From Parcubacteria group bacterium (lineage in GTDB: Bacteria > Patescibacteriota > Patescibacteriia > Buchananbacterales > UBA6539), in the NCBI GenBank assembly GCA_002687175.1, contig NYZP01000001.1:78236-142235 (forward strand): a DNA stretch of 64,000 nt. Direction: 5' to 3'. Shown piece after piece: positions 51,651 to 62,551 of the stretch. Both the position numbers and the translations under genes were made by a program. The notes below the pieces were generated by a model that worked only from the letters and a program-made list of their open reading frames with translations, searched no databases and was not told the DNA's origin. Positions within the stretch are counted from its first letter, which is position 1. Every line of letters begins with the position of its first letter.

Positions 51651-51947
51651 CTAAATGATAAATTTTAAATGTACAACTACCTTCGCTCGATAAGGACGAT
51701 TAAGCTCCTCTAAAATTATCCGTTCTTTAGTTTTAATCTTTTCCGCCAAGACTGATGACAAACAAGCCACTGACAATGTTCCATCCTCTACCATCAAGGG
51801 TTTAATCTTTTTCCTAACGGCCTCGCCAAAGATTGATTCAATAACACCATTAAATTCATCTAGAATTTTAAAAGCCTCCAGGTTTTTACTAATTCCCGCT
51901 TTTTTGATTGATTTATCTAATAAATTTTTCAGGTTGATTAAAGCCAT
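51651..51947 (-). CDS. DUF721/DciA-like protein
   Basis: DGTLSVACLSSVLAEKI..IILEELN pattern; ATG at 51947. Confidence 0.7.
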   Translation of the reverse strand: MALINLKNLLDKSIKKAGISKNLEAFKILDEFNGVIESIFGEAVRKKIKPLMVEDGTLSVACLSSVLAEKIKTKERIILEELNRPYRAKVVVHLKFII

Positions 51948-51948
51948 A

Positions 51949-54900
51949 CTAAAACGCCCAATATTCACAAATATTTCTAAAATCACACCACTTGCAAAGT
52001 TGACTTGGTTTAGGTGGAAATTTTCCTTTTCTAATTTCTTGAATAGTTTTGATAATTTTTTTCTTCATCGCTTCTAAATCTTTGTCTGACCCCAGAAACG
52101 AAACTTTGTTCCCAGCTTCAACATAATAAAATGTTAAATTATTAACTTTCTCGCCTAACACCTGTTCGGCTGCTAATTGATAAATTAACAGTTGCTCCTT
52201 GTCTTCAGTTTTAAAAGTTTTTTGCGTCCGACCCTGGCCTGTCTTGTAATCAATGATTTCAATGCCATCATCAAGTTTATCAATACGATCAATCACTCCT
52301 CTAATTGAAAACTCCTGTCCGTCGGTTTCCAATTTTAGATTAAATGGTCGCTCTAAAAATTTAGGGACGGGAATATCTTTTTCAATCTCTTTATAAAATT
52401 CAGTTAAAGCCTTTTTACCTTTTTGTTTGTAGTCATCGTGATCTTTACGATTGGCATACCAATCATCAATCCAAGTATTTTCATAGATGTCTAATAACTC
52501 ATCTAAGCTCACTTGCGGTTTATCGGTATCAAGTGGTTGGTTACTAAATAAGTCAATCTGCTCGACACCAGTTTTTTGCCGAACTAAATCAAAAAATTGT
52601 TGCAGTGTGGCGTGAATTGTTTTACCAAAAGAAAAAACTGATTTACCACGAATTGGTACTCGTAAAATATGAGCAAAACGATATTGGTAAGGACAGTTCT
52701 CAAACGCCCTCAGCTGGGTAAAAGAAAACCGACTGGGAATAGCCTTTTCCAATTCTTCATCAGTAATTTCAGACCCAACTTTTTTTGTTTGTTCAATAAT
52801 TAATTCATCTTCGTTCTTAACTTCTTTTCCATCTTGGATTTTAAGGCCCATGCCAGATAACTCAGTTAAAAATTGAGATATTTTTTTTCGTCGTTGTCCG
52901 CCAACATCAGCCGCTGTGGTAAAAAATAGTCCCTGCTTGGCTCTGGTCATTGCCACGTAAAACAATCGTCGCTCTTCTTGCAAATGAACATTACCTTCTG
53001 GCAAAATTTCTTTGACCAATTTATCAGGTAACTCAATTGGATCCTTGCGATCACCGGTCGGAAAACGTCGATCAACTACGTTAACAATGAATACGTACTT
53101 AAATTCTAAACCCTTAGCTGAATGGACTGTCATAATTTTTACGCTGTCTGGCCCTTCTTCTAAATTATTTTGCAAAGCACCAGCTTCACCAGCTTCTAGC
53201 TCCAGCTCGATAAGCTCTAAAAATTGTTTAACTGATTTGTTGTCAGTAGATTTTTCAAAATCTGTTATCTTTTTATAAAACTGATTTAAATGACTTACCG
53301 CTAAAGATGACTCAACGCTATCCTCTCTAGTTAAATCCTGTAAATAGTTTGTATCTTCAAGTATCGCCACGACCACTTCACCAACTGATTTTTCAAAAAT
53401 CATTTTACTGTGTTTTTCAAGATTGCTTAAAATATTTTTAAGCTTGCCACGGGTTTCTTCCTGAGTATTTGGTAGAGCTGCCGCCTGTTTTACTGATTGA
53501 AAAATTGAAATTCCTTTACGAGATGCCCAATAATTCAGAGTATTAATATCAGAATGCTCCAGTCCAAAAACGGAAAATCCTAGAACTCGGTACATTGCCG
53601 CACTTTCTCGATAATTATCCAGTAGTTTTAAGTAGGCTAAAAGGTCTAAAATTACTCCTTTAGAATAAAGTCCTCGAGAAGCGTAAAATTGATAGGGAAT
53701 TTGAGTTTGCGATATCGCTCCGACAAAATAATTTGCTACTTCATTGGTTCTGGCCAGAATAGCAAAATCACGCCAAGATATTTTTTTATCTTTTTCTTTC
53801 AAGTCGACAATATTCTGCAAGACTCCCCTGACTTCATCATCAATGGTTTCAAAAGCTAAATGTGAAATCACTCCTTTATCTTCAGTCTGGGCTAATAATT
53901 TTTTACTAAATTTCTTGTTTTTACCACTGGCTTTCAATTTTACTTCTAGTCGATCAGGGTTGTTCTGTTGAATAAATTTATAAGACAGGTCAAGGATGCC
54001 TTGGGTAGAGCGATAATTTTTAGTTAAAAATATTTCATCAGCTTTAGGGTAGTCTTTTTTAAATTCTAAAATATTTGATACCGAAGCCCCTCGAAATTTA
54101 TAAATTGACTGATCATCGTCACCGACTACCGTAATATTATTGTTTGGCTCAGCCAGAAGTTTAACCAGTTCATATTGGGCGTAGTTAGTGTCTTGAAACT
54201 CATCAACTAAAATATATTTAAACTGCTTACGGTATTTAGCGAGTACTCCTGGGCGTTCTTTAAAAAGCTTCAAGCAGTAATTAACCAGATCGCCAAAATC
54301 CAAAGCATTGTTTTCTAACAACAACTGCTGATAAATATGGTAAGCGTTGGAAACTTCTTCGGCTTTTTTAATTTCCTGAGTCAACAGTTCCTTCTTTTCT
54401 TTTTTAGATAATGTTTTGACTTCTTCGGGATCGATAAAATTAGCAACATACTCGGCCGAGTCAATGTTGAGTTTTAAATCTTCGGCATATTTTAAATATT
54501 CCTCCGGCCCAACCACTTCATCTTTAGCTCGAGAAAACAGTTTAACCAGAGCGTGAATAAATTTAGTGGGGTTACCTAATGGCTTATAATGATCCAGGTT
54601 AAACTTGTCTAAATTTTGGCGGACTAACAGCCACTGCTGGGTTTGATTTAAAAGTTTAAAATCATTAGGAATACCAATTTCTAAAGCATGGTCCTTAAGT
54701 AATTTTTGGGCGAAGGAGTGAAAAGTGGAAATCCAAAGATCTACGTAACCCATTGGTAACAGTTTATCCACTCGTTCCTCCATTTCCCCAGCGGCTTTGT
54801 CCGTAAAAGTTAGAGCTAAAATTTGATCACCTTTAGCTTTTTTTTGTTCAATCAATAAAGCAATTCGTTGAGCAATCACAGTTGTTTTACCGGTGCCGGC

Positions 54901-54984
54901 TCCGGCCACGATCAAAAGAGGTCCTTTGTCATGGACCACGGCTTTTTTTTGTTCAGGATTTAACTTGTCCGAATAGTCAGTCAT
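51949..54984 (-). CDS. UvrD/PcrA-like helicase fused to a PD-(D/E)XK nuclease with Fe-S cysteines
   Basis: AGAGTGKT, VDEFQDTN, EERRLFYVAMTRA; C-terminal CPYQY, GVIDRID..IIDYKTG and CKWCDFRNIC. Confidence 0.93.
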   Translation of the reverse strand: MTDYSDKLNPEQKKAVVHDKGPLLIVAGAGTGKTTVIAQRIALLIEQKKAKGDQILALTFTDKAAGEMEERVDKLLPMGYVDLWISTFHSFAQKLLKDHALEIGIPNDFKLLNQTQQWLLVRQNLDKFNLDHYKPLGNPTKFIHALVKLFSRAKDEVVGPEEYLKYAEDLKLNIDSAEYVANFIDPEEVKTLSKKEKKELLTQEIKKAEEVSNAYHIYQQLLLENNALDFGDLVNYCLKLFKERPGVLAKYRKQFKYILVDEFQDTNYAQYELVKLLAEPNNNITVVGDDDQSIYKFRGASVSNILEFKKDYPKADEIFLTKNYRSTQGILDLSYKFIQQNNPDRLEVKLKASGKNKKFSKKLLAQTEDKGVISHLAFETIDDEVRGVLQNIVDLKEKDKKISWRDFAILARTNEVANYFVGAISQTQIPYQFYASRGLYSKGVILDLLAYLKLLDNYRESAAMYRVLGFSVFGLEHSDINTLNYWASRKGISIFQSVKQAAALPNTQEETRGKLKNILSNLEKHSKMIFEKSVGEVVVAILEDTNYLQDLTREDSVESSLAVSHLNQFYKKITDFEKSTDNKSVKQFLELIELELEAGEAGALQNNLEEGPDSVKIMTVHSAKGLEFKYVFIVNVVDRRFPTGDRKDPIELPDKLVKEILPEGNVHLQEERRLFYVAMTRAKQGLFFTTAADVGGQRRKKISQFLTELSGMGLKIQDGKEVKNEDELIIEQTKKVGSEITDEELEKAIPSRFSFTQLRAFENCPYQYRFAHILRVPIRGKSVFSFGKTIHATLQQFFDLVRQKTGVEQIDLFSNQPLDTDKPQVSLDELLDIYENTWIDDWYANRKDHDDYKQKGKKALTEFYKEIEKDIPVPKFLERPFNLKLETDGQEFSIRGVIDRIDKLDDGIEIIDYKTGQGRTQKTFKTEDKEQLLIYQLAAEQVLGEKVNNLTFYYVEAGNKVSFLGSDKDLEAMKKKIIKTIQEIRKGKFPPKPSQLCKWCDFRNICEYWAF

Positions 54985-55102
54985 GAAGACATTTTATCAT
55001 AATTGTTTAAAGCCCGCCAAAGGCGGGTCCTCCTTCCTGATCGTCCTCTGGCGGTTGACGAAAAAAAACCCGCTCTTGATTTCTCAAAAACGGGATGGAT
55101 GA

Positions 55103-55324
55103 CTAACGAACAACTGAATTGTCAAAAGGACATTCCGGGCATTTACTGCCCCCATAACGACGGCGAGTCTGATGACAACCGTGTTTATTTGGCCGTTGAC
55201 CAAAAGGACATTTTTTCTCTTCTGTCTTAGTGGCAGCAGCCACGGCCGTGCTGGTAGCAACTGGTTTCTTAGCCGCTGCCTGTTTTTTCTTTTTATTCTT
55301 GTTTTTTGGAGAATTGTCTCCCAT
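55103..55324 (-). CDS. small basic Cys-containing protein
   Basis: AAGGAGG SD right after the pyrF stop; terminator-like hairpin downstream. Confidence 0.55.
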   Translation of the reverse strand: MGDNSPKNKNKKKKQAAAKKPVATSTAVAAATKTEEKKCPFGQRPNKHGCHQTRRRYGGSKCPECPFDNSVVR

Positions 55325-55338
55325 AGACCCTCCTTACT

Positions 55339-56172
55339 CTAAGCCGCGATTCCCAGCTCTTCAGTCATCACTCGCTCAACCTCTTTAACCGGATCTTCAG
55401 CCCCGAGAACCTGGCGGCCCATCACTAGGTGATCAGCGCCATCATCTCTGGCTTCTCGTGGTGTGGCAACTCGTTTCTGGTCACCTTTAGCCGCCCCAGG
55501 AGAACGAACGCCTGGTACAACAAACGTCATTTCCGGGTATATCCGTTTCAACTCTTTGACTTCTTCTGGCGAACATACCAGTCCATGGGCACCAGCCTCC
55601 TTGGCGATTCTTGCCAAAGCCATGACTTGATCCCAAGGCTTACGGACGTATACTTCCTCGCAAGTTGCTTCGTCAAACGATGTAAGAACAGTAACTGCCA
55701 AAACTTTCGTTGACGTTCCCTCAAGAGTCTTAACTGCCTCCTCCATCATCGCCTTGCTTCCCGAAGCATGAACCGTTACTGCCCAAGGTTTGTGGACCCG
55801 AATTCGCTTACAGGTGTTCGCGATCGTATTCTTGATATCATGAAGCTTGAGATCCAACATCACCCTTCCATACACTGACAGGTCAGGAAGGACGTTGTCG
55901 AAACCATTGGCGAAGGCGAAGTCATTGACCTTCAGAATACAGCCGGTTGTCCGAAGTTGGTCAAGTGTCGGTAGTATCTCTTCCCAGCTTTTGCCGTCCA
56001 AGGCAACAATGATCGGATTCTTCGCTTCCGCTTCCAAAGTACAGCGCTGCATCACACCCAAATTCTGGATCAGGCAACGCCTGACATCGTGAAGGGTCAT
56101 TCCTGCCCAAACCGGCAACTTAATTCCTTCTTGGGCAAACTTCTGTTGCCAGCCTTGCTGATGGTCGGCCAA
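55339..56172 (-). CDS. pyrF: orotidine-5'-phosphate decarboxylase (C-terminal part of an interrupted PyrE-PyrF fusion)
   Basis: IIVALD, DLKLHDIKNT, VTVLTS, PGVR, GDQKRVATP and LVMGR motifs. Confidence 0.88.
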   Translation of the reverse strand: MADHQQGWQQKFAQEGIKLPVWAGMTLHDVRRCLIQNLGVMQRCTLEAEAKNPIIVALDGKSWEEILPTLDQLRTTGCILKVNDFAFANGFDNVLPDLSVYGRVMLDLKLHDIKNTIANTCKRIRVHKPWAVTVHASGSKAMMEEAVKTLEGTSTKVLAVTVLTSFDEATCEEVYVRKPWDQVMALARIAKEAGAHGLVCSPEEVKELKRIYPEMTFVVPGVRSPGAAKGDQKRVATPREARDDGADHLVMGRQVLGAEDPVKEVERVMTEELGIAA

Positions 56173-56652
56173 TCATGGGGCTTTAACATTCAAACCCATT
56201 TCCAGGCACTCCGTGTAGGGAGCAATTTTGCTGGCGCCATCAGTGATGACATCATCCATAATGACAACTTCATCACCACTACTGGGATGACCAATTACCT
56301 TGGCCTTGGTCACCCGCCCTTCCTTGGCCTGCTCACGAATAGTCAAGTAGGGCAGGCCGGTCAACATTGAAAGCGGACCAGCAAAACAGGAAACCGAGTC
56401 AGGGACTTCAACAAACCGACTGACTCCCAATTGCCGAAGTGGTGATTCATATAAACGAGCCAGGTAATCGATCGCCTCTGAATTATCTCTGGCATCACGT
56501 TCGTTGACATAGACGTCAGTCAAACCTCCGCTCTTCACGGGTAAACCTCGACCGTTATCAAACTTCAACAGTCCCCATTCTAACATTTGGCCGATAACGC
56601 CAGCCCGCTCTTCTGGGTAGAGCCATGGTGTTTGTGGAACAGTGTGCATCAC
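56173..56652 (-). CDS. pyrE: orotate phosphoribosyltransferase-like domain ending at an in-frame TGA
   Basis: KSGGLTDVYVN and VIMDDVITDGAS PRPP-binding loop; same frame as, and abutting, pyrF. Confidence 0.7.
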   Translation of the reverse strand: MMHTVPQTPWLYPEERAGVIGQMLEWGLLKFDNGRGLPVKSGGLTDVYVNERDARDNSEAIDYLARLYESPLRQLGVSRFVEVPDSVSCFAGPLSMLTGLPYLTIREQAKEGRVTKAKVIGHPSSGDEVVIMDDVITDGASKIAPYTECLEMGLNVKAP

Positions 56653-56679
56653 AATTTCTCCTTTCGTCTGTTTTCTGAA

Positions 56680-57324
56680 CTAAACAGTCACACCATTAAG
56701 TTCAGCCCAATTTTCTCTCGGCCTAACGGCCTTTGAACCTTCTTTACAATAAGGACACTCTACTTCATCCCACAAGGGAAGTTCACGGTTGATCAACGAA
56801 ATGATCTTCCGACCTTCAATCTCGGTCAGTCCTGAACGATTGACCAAGACCAAAATGTAGGGCAACACCACCGCACCATTGGCAGTTAAAGCAATGATAC
56901 TGTTTTTGGTGGTAGTGCCGGTGACTAGAACATCCCCAACCATCAGGATATATTCACCTTCGGTAACGGGAAAGCGACCAACCGACATTCCTTCATCGTG
57001 AACATGCTTGACCGTAAAACCGGTCTGCTTGTTCATTTGGCGTGCCAATTCGTAAGCCAAAACAACCGCTCCCATGGCTGAGCCCCAAACAGAATTGGGA
57101 TTGACTTTGCCGTCTTGTTGTAATCGCTCAAGCAAATCACCACAAACAGTTGTGCAAACGGATGTCTCGCGAGTGACCAGACGACCGTCAAAGAACCCCC
57201 CGCTGTGCTGACCGTTATTCATCTTGGCGTGAGGCCTTTCAGAACACGCCTCTCCCGCGTACCCCCAATAAGCATGGAGTCCTACAAGATACTCAATCCA
57301 ACCCTTTTGATCCAGCATAGCCAA
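56680..57324 (-). CDS. pyrE: second orotate phosphoribosyltransferase-like protein
   Basis: GQHSGGFF, AMGAVVLAYELARQ, VGDVLVTGTT, LVNRS and CPYC motifs. Confidence 0.75.
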   Translation of the reverse strand: MAMLDQKGWIEYLVGLHAYWGYAGEACSERPHAKMNNGQHSGGFFDGRLVTRETSVCTTVCGDLLERLQQDGKVNPNSVWGSAMGAVVLAYELARQMNKQTGFTVKHVHDEGMSVGRFPVTEGEYILMVGDVLVTGTTTKNSIIALTANGAVVLPYILVLVNRSGLTEIEGRKIISLINRELPLWDEVECPYCKEGSKAVRPRENWAELNGVTV

Positions 57325-57623
57325 ATCTCCTTCAAAAATTGAACTCTAATTAAAAAATTGAAAGGAACACCCCTCCAGTAAGCAGACCTTACTAATTATT
57401 AACAGCTTTGTCAGTGTAAGTTTTGACTTATTTTAGGTAAATTAGTTTAATTTCTAAGAATAATTACTAAAATTTAGTAATGGCCAACCCTTGACACATT
57501 CAAATTTCCGCCTATACTAAAATTATGTGTTTTTAGCAATATTTTAGCTAAAATAAGCTAAAATTTACTCAAACTAAATATTAAATTTACAAAAATTTTT
57601 TTGTTTTAAAAACATTTAAAAAT

Positions 57624-57929
57624 ATGAATACTTTGGATCAAATCAAACAAACTGAAAATCAAGCTCAAAAAAATATTGAGCAAGCCAATAAGGACATTGA
57701 AAAACAAATTAATGATACTGGCATTAAAGGTGAGAACTCGCTTCAGGATTCGGAAAATCAACTGTCCAGCCAAATTGCCGAAGTAATTGGCCAAGCTAAA
57801 CAAGAAATTCAAACATTAAAATCAGCTAATGAACGTGACAAAAAAGATCAATTGCAAAAGCTGAGTGATATTGACAATAAAACTCTTGATCAAGCCGCCA
57901 AGGAAGTTATTAAGAATATAACTACCTAA
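57624..57929 (+). CDS. V/A-type ATPase subunit G/H (peripheral stalk)
   Basis: Coiled-coil LDQIKQTENQAQKNIEQA; first gene of the ATPase operon. Confidence 0.7.
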   Translation: MNTLDQIKQTENQAQKNIEQANKDIEKQINDTGIKGENSLQDSENQLSSQIAEVIGQAKQEIQTLKSANERDKKDQLQKLSDIDNKTLDQAAKEVIKNITT

Positions 57930-58048
57930 AATTTCTAAAGTCTAATTCGTAATGACGAATTAAATCTCAATAGTAAAAATTAAGACATTAGACATTAGAA
58001 TTTATACATTGATTAGAAATTATTAATTAAAAATTTAAAATTTAAAAA

Positions 58049-60019
58049 ATGGCCCTAGCCGAAGTTACAAAAATAAACATCATTGGACATCAAAAACATC
58101 AAGAAGATTTTTTAGAGGTGTTACAAAATTCTGGTTTTATTCAACTTGCTGATTATTCAGACGAAAATTTGGAAAAATCGAATCTTAATGAACAAATTTC
58201 CGAAGTTGATTATAAACTGGCCGGATTAAAATTTAGTTTAAATTTTTTACAATCTTTTGAAAAAAAGAAAAGTTTATCAGAAAAAATTAATTCCAGGATT
58301 AATTTAAACATATTGGAATTAGAGACCACTGTTCATAATTTTGACCTTGAACAAAAAGTGAAAGATGTTCAAAATATTGAATCAAACATTAATCAAGCAC
58401 ATAATTTAAAAGACAAACTAACTTTAGAACTAAACCAAATTAGTCCCTGGAATAAAATAAATTTTATTCCAACGATTAATGAAAACGCAAAATACCATTT
58501 CAAATTTTTAAGTTCAAACCCAAAGGTTTTTATTAACTTACAGACAAAAATAAAGTCCAACTTTCCTCTAGTAGCTTTAGAAAAAATTGATACAATTGGT
58601 AAAGCTAAAAAAGAAGAAATTTTAAGTGTTGTATTTTTTCAACATGATGTTGAGGAAAAAATTATTGAGCTTTTAAGTAAACTGGATATTAAAATTATTG
58701 ATCTACCAAATCTTGATAAAACTGTTAACGACCGAATCAAAGAAATAAATCAAGAAATCAGTAAGGCCGATGATGACTTAGCTAAATTTAAACTACAAGC
58801 GGAAAAAGTAGCCCTCGACCAAGAAGAATTAAAAATTTCGTTTGATTATTTTACTTGGCAAAAAGAGAAATTAGTTAATCTGGCTAAAGCTGGTAATACT
58901 CAACAAACATTTTTCTTAAGCGGTTGGATTAATAAAAAATCAATCAAACCTCTAGAAAAACAACTGGACAAAATAGCTGATGATTTTGTCATTGAAGAAC
59001 AATCTATAAAAAAAGATGAAGTGGTTCCAGTTATTTTTAACAACAAACTGGCCAAAGATTTTGAATCAATTACCAGCCTCTACGGCTCGCCACAAGGTAA
59101 TGAACCTGATCCCACCCCATTTCTCGCCCCATTCTTTATTTTATTTTTTGGTATGGCAATGACTGATGCTGGCTATGGCTTAATCATGGCCTTGGGTATT
59201 TTGGCAGCTATTAAATATTTAAAAATTCCTCAAGCTAAGCAAAAACTCTTACGAGTATTAATGTGGGGTGGGGTAGCAACATTTGTTTTAGGGGCCTTAA
59301 CTGGTGGCTGGTTCAGTATTGAACTGGCAATCTTACCACCAGCTATTGCCAGTGCTTTAGGATTTTTGAAAGTGATTGATCCAATTGCTAATCCCCTTTT
59401 AATTTTCTATATTTCCTTAGGTTTAGGGGTAACTCAGGTGCTAACTGGACTGGCCATAGATACCTATTGGAAAATAAAAAGTAAACATGTTTTAAAAGCT
59501 GTCACTGGCAGTGGGGCCTGGATGTTGGCAATTATTGCTGGTCTAATTTTCGCTGGCGGGTCAATGGGAGTTTTACCGGCCGTTTTCAGTCAAGTTGGAA
59601 AATGGTTAATCTTTCTGGCGATTGGTTTAATTGTTTATGGTGGAACCAAAAATACCAAAAATGTAATTTTAAAACCAGGACTAGGAATATTATCTTTATA
59701 TGGTGCAGTTGGTTACTTCTCGGACATTCTGTCTTACTCTCGTTTGTTGGCGCTGGGACTTACCACTACCATTATTGGCACCGTGGTCAATATAATTGCT
59801 GGATTGGTATTTGCCATTCCCTACGTTGGTTGGTTAGCTTCCTTAATAATTTTAGTTGGTGGTCACTTATTCAATTTAGCAATTAATGCCTTAGGGGCTT
59901 TTATCCATTCAGCTCGTTTGCAGTTTATTGAATTTTTTCCAAAATTTTTGGAAGGTGGTGGAGAGCCATTCGAACCATTCAAAAAAGAATCTAAATATAT
60001 AAATTTAACTAATAATTAA
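58049..60019 (+). CDS. ntpI: V/A-type ATPase subunit I
   Basis: DPTP..FFGMAMTDAGYG, SDILSYSRLLALGL and HSARLQFIEFF motifs. Confidence 0.95.
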   Translation: MALAEVTKINIIGHQKHQEDFLEVLQNSGFIQLADYSDENLEKSNLNEQISEVDYKLAGLKFSLNFLQSFEKKKSLSEKINSRINLNILELETTVHNFDLEQKVKDVQNIESNINQAHNLKDKLTLELNQISPWNKINFIPTINENAKYHFKFLSSNPKVFINLQTKIKSNFPLVALEKIDTIGKAKKEEILSVVFFQHDVEEKIIELLSKLDIKIIDLPNLDKTVNDRIKEINQEISKADDDLAKFKLQAEKVALDQEELKISFDYFTWQKEKLVNLAKAGNTQQTFFLSGWINKKSIKPLEKQLDKIADDFVIEEQSIKKDEVVPVIFNNKLAKDFESITSLYGSPQGNEPDPTPFLAPFFILFFGMAMTDAGYGLIMALGILAAIKYLKIPQAKQKLLRVLMWGGVATFVLGALTGGWFSIELAILPPAIASALGFLKVIDPIANPLLIFYISLGLGVTQVLTGLAIDTYWKIKSKHVLKAVTGSGAWMLAIIAGLIFAGGSMGVLPAVFSQVGKWLIFLAIGLIVYGGTKNTKNVILKPGLGILSLYGAVGYFSDILSYSRLLALGLTTTIIGTVVNIIAGLVFAIPYVGWLASLIILVGGHLFNLAINALGAFIHSARLQFIEFFPKFLEGGGEPFEPFKKESKYINLTNN

Positions 60020-60502
<483 letters not shown>

Positions 60503-60629
60503 AATCAATTTTTAATTTATAATTTTGAATTTTAAATCAATTTTTAATAACTTAATTTTTAAAATTAAAAAATTTAAAATTCATTCGAAATTAAAAATTT
60601 AAAATTAATAATTCAAAATTATTAAAATT

Positions 60630-61205
60630 ATGGCTTTAGATGATATTAAAAAAGCTATTTTAGCAGAAGCTGATACTGTTGTAGAAAAGGCTAAAACTGA
60701 AGGCAATCAAAAAATTGCTAAAGTTCAAGCTGACTGGAGTAAAAAAATTGATAACAAAAAGCAAACAATTTTAGCTTCCGCCCAACGAAAAGCCAATCAA
60801 AAAGTTCAACAAACTCAGTTCAAGATTCAGGCTCAAGTACAAACCGAGGTACTTAATCAAAAACAGATACTAATTGACAAAGTATACCAATTAGCTCTAC
60901 AAAAATTAAACAACCTGGATAATGATAAATATGTTGAACTGATGGAAAAATTAATTAATAAGCTACCAGCAGACGAAGGTGAATTGATCTCGGTCAAAGA
61001 TAAAGAAAGTTTATTAGCTAAGGCCTCTCATAAAAGTAATAAAAAATTTACTGTATCAAAAGAAACAGTGAGTGGCAGTGGTGGTTTTATTTTCCGTTCA
61101 AAAGATCTAGAAATCAATGATACTTTTGCTACGTTGGTTAATAATTCTAAAGATGAAACTATTTTGTCAGTTTCTAATTTACTATTTAATGAAAATAGAG
61201 AGTAA
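60630..61205 (+). CDS. ntpE: V/A-type ATPase subunit E
   Basis: Coiled N-terminus; GGFIF..EINDTF motif. Confidence 0.88.
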   Translation: MALDDIKKAILAEADTVVEKAKTEGNQKIAKVQADWSKKIDNKKQTILASAQRKANQKVQQTQFKIQAQVQTEVLNQKQILIDKVYQLALQKLNNLDNDKYVELMEKLINKLPADEGELISVKDKESLLAKASHKSNKKFTVSKETVSGSGGFIFRSKDLEINDTFATLVNNSKDETILSVSNLLFNENRE

Positions 61206-61208
61206 GTT

Positions 61209-62201
61209 ATGCCCCAAGCCGGATACAACTATGCCTCCGCCAAAATAAGAGCCTTGGAACCAGCAATTTTGGATGTTACGGACATGGAAAGAATGGCTGA
61301 TGCTCCTGATTTTGCTACCGCCTTCAAAGTCTTAAATGACACTGACTACGCTGATAATTTATTAGATGTTGATGCTTTGGAATATCGTCAGGCTTTAAAA
61401 GATGATTATCGTCAACTTTACGATCTACTTAAAGACATTACGCCAAATAATGATCTATTTAAACTAATCTTTATTGAACGTGACATTGTCAATATTAAAC
61501 TCTTGTTTAAGGCTAAATTTTTTGAGGTTGAGGTTGATGCCATGCTAAGAGACAACACTATTTATCAATCTAGTCACTTGAAAGAATTTATTTTTGATAA
61601 AAAAGATAGTGGTCTAGATCAAGATATTAAAGATTTAATCAACAATGTAGAAAAAATTATTGATGAGTCCAGTCGGCCGGATTTTATTGATTCAATAATA
61701 ACTAAGGAATACTTTAGGCTAATAAAAAAAATAGCTAAAAAAATTAACAACCAGTTAGTTGATCAGTTGATCATCAGTCAAATAAACAATGCCAATATCT
61801 TAACTTGGCTACGAGCCAAAAGATTGGGCTTGGCTAAGGAACGACTTGCTGAAAAATTGGTTACCGGTGGTAATATTGATCCAAAAAAACTTATTGATCA
61901 ATATTCTGAAGAAGTTAAAAATATCAGAACTTTAATAAATGTTTATTATGACAAGCAAGTAATTGAGGCTCTTGATAACTACGCCGAGAATAATTTACTG
62001 TTTGAATTTGAAAAAGCTTTAGAAGATTATAAAACAAGAGTTGTCCAGAAAACTCAGCGCATTGCCGCTGGTCCAGAAGTAATTTACGCCTATCACCTAG
62101 CTAAACAAAATGCCGTCGCTAACATTAGGATAATTTTAACTGGTAAATTAAATAATATTTCGGGCGAAGAAATTAAAAAAACTCTTAGACTTGTTAAATA
62201 A
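61209..62201 (+). CDS. ntpC: V/A-type ATPase subunit C
   Basis: YASAKIRALE and GPEVIYAYHLAK..NIRIILTGK motifs. Confidence 0.9.
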   Translation: MPQAGYNYASAKIRALEPAILDVTDMERMADAPDFATAFKVLNDTDYADNLLDVDALEYRQALKDDYRQLYDLLKDITPNNDLFKLIFIERDIVNIKLLFKAKFFEVEVDAMLRDNTIYQSSHLKEFIFDKKDSGLDQDIKDLINNVEKIIDESSRPDFIDSIITKEYFRLIKKIAKKINNQLVDQLIISQINNANILTWLRAKRLGLAKERLAEKLVTGGNIDPKKLIDQYSEEVKNIRTLINVYYDKQVIEALDNYAENNLLFEFEKALEDYKTRVVQKTQRIAAGPEVIYAYHLAKQNAVANIRIILTGKLNNISGEEIKKTLRLVK

Positions 62202-62202
62202 T

Positions 62203-62526
62203 ATGAAACTAAAAATTGCAATAATTGGTAGTGGTGATGCGGTTGCTGGTTTTAAAGCAGTCGGCGTTGATGCCATGCCCGTTAAAACTACAGAAGAAGC
62301 CGAGGCTAAAGTAAAGGAAGTTTATGATTCCACGGAATATGCAACCTTGTTTATCACTGAAGACTGGATTGATCAAATAAAAGATTTTTTAGACGAACTA
62401 CCAGCCAAGGCCTTGCCAGCTATTGTGGCAATTCCGTCGCAAGCTGGTTCAACCGGTGCTGGGTTGGATAATTTAAAAAAAATTGTTGAGCAAGCAGTTG
62501 GCTCAGATATTTTATCAAATGAATAA
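62203..62526 (+). CDS. ntpF: V/A-type ATPase subunit F
   Basis: KIAIIG..AGFKAVG and VEQAVGSDI motifs. Confidence 0.9.
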   Translation: MKLKIAIIGSGDAVAGFKAVGVDAMPVKTTEEAEAKVKEVYDSTEYATLFITEDWIDQIKDFLDELPAKALPAIVAIPSQAGSTGAGLDNLKKIVEQAVGSDILSNE

Positions 62527-62551
62527 GTAATAAAAATAACTAAAAATAATT

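Noticed and set aside
56170-56176. Genetic code 25 (UGA=Gly) or selenocysteine
   Set aside because: TGA ends eno and thrS at their expected C-termini, long genes have no internal TGA, and the position is not a catalytic Cys site.
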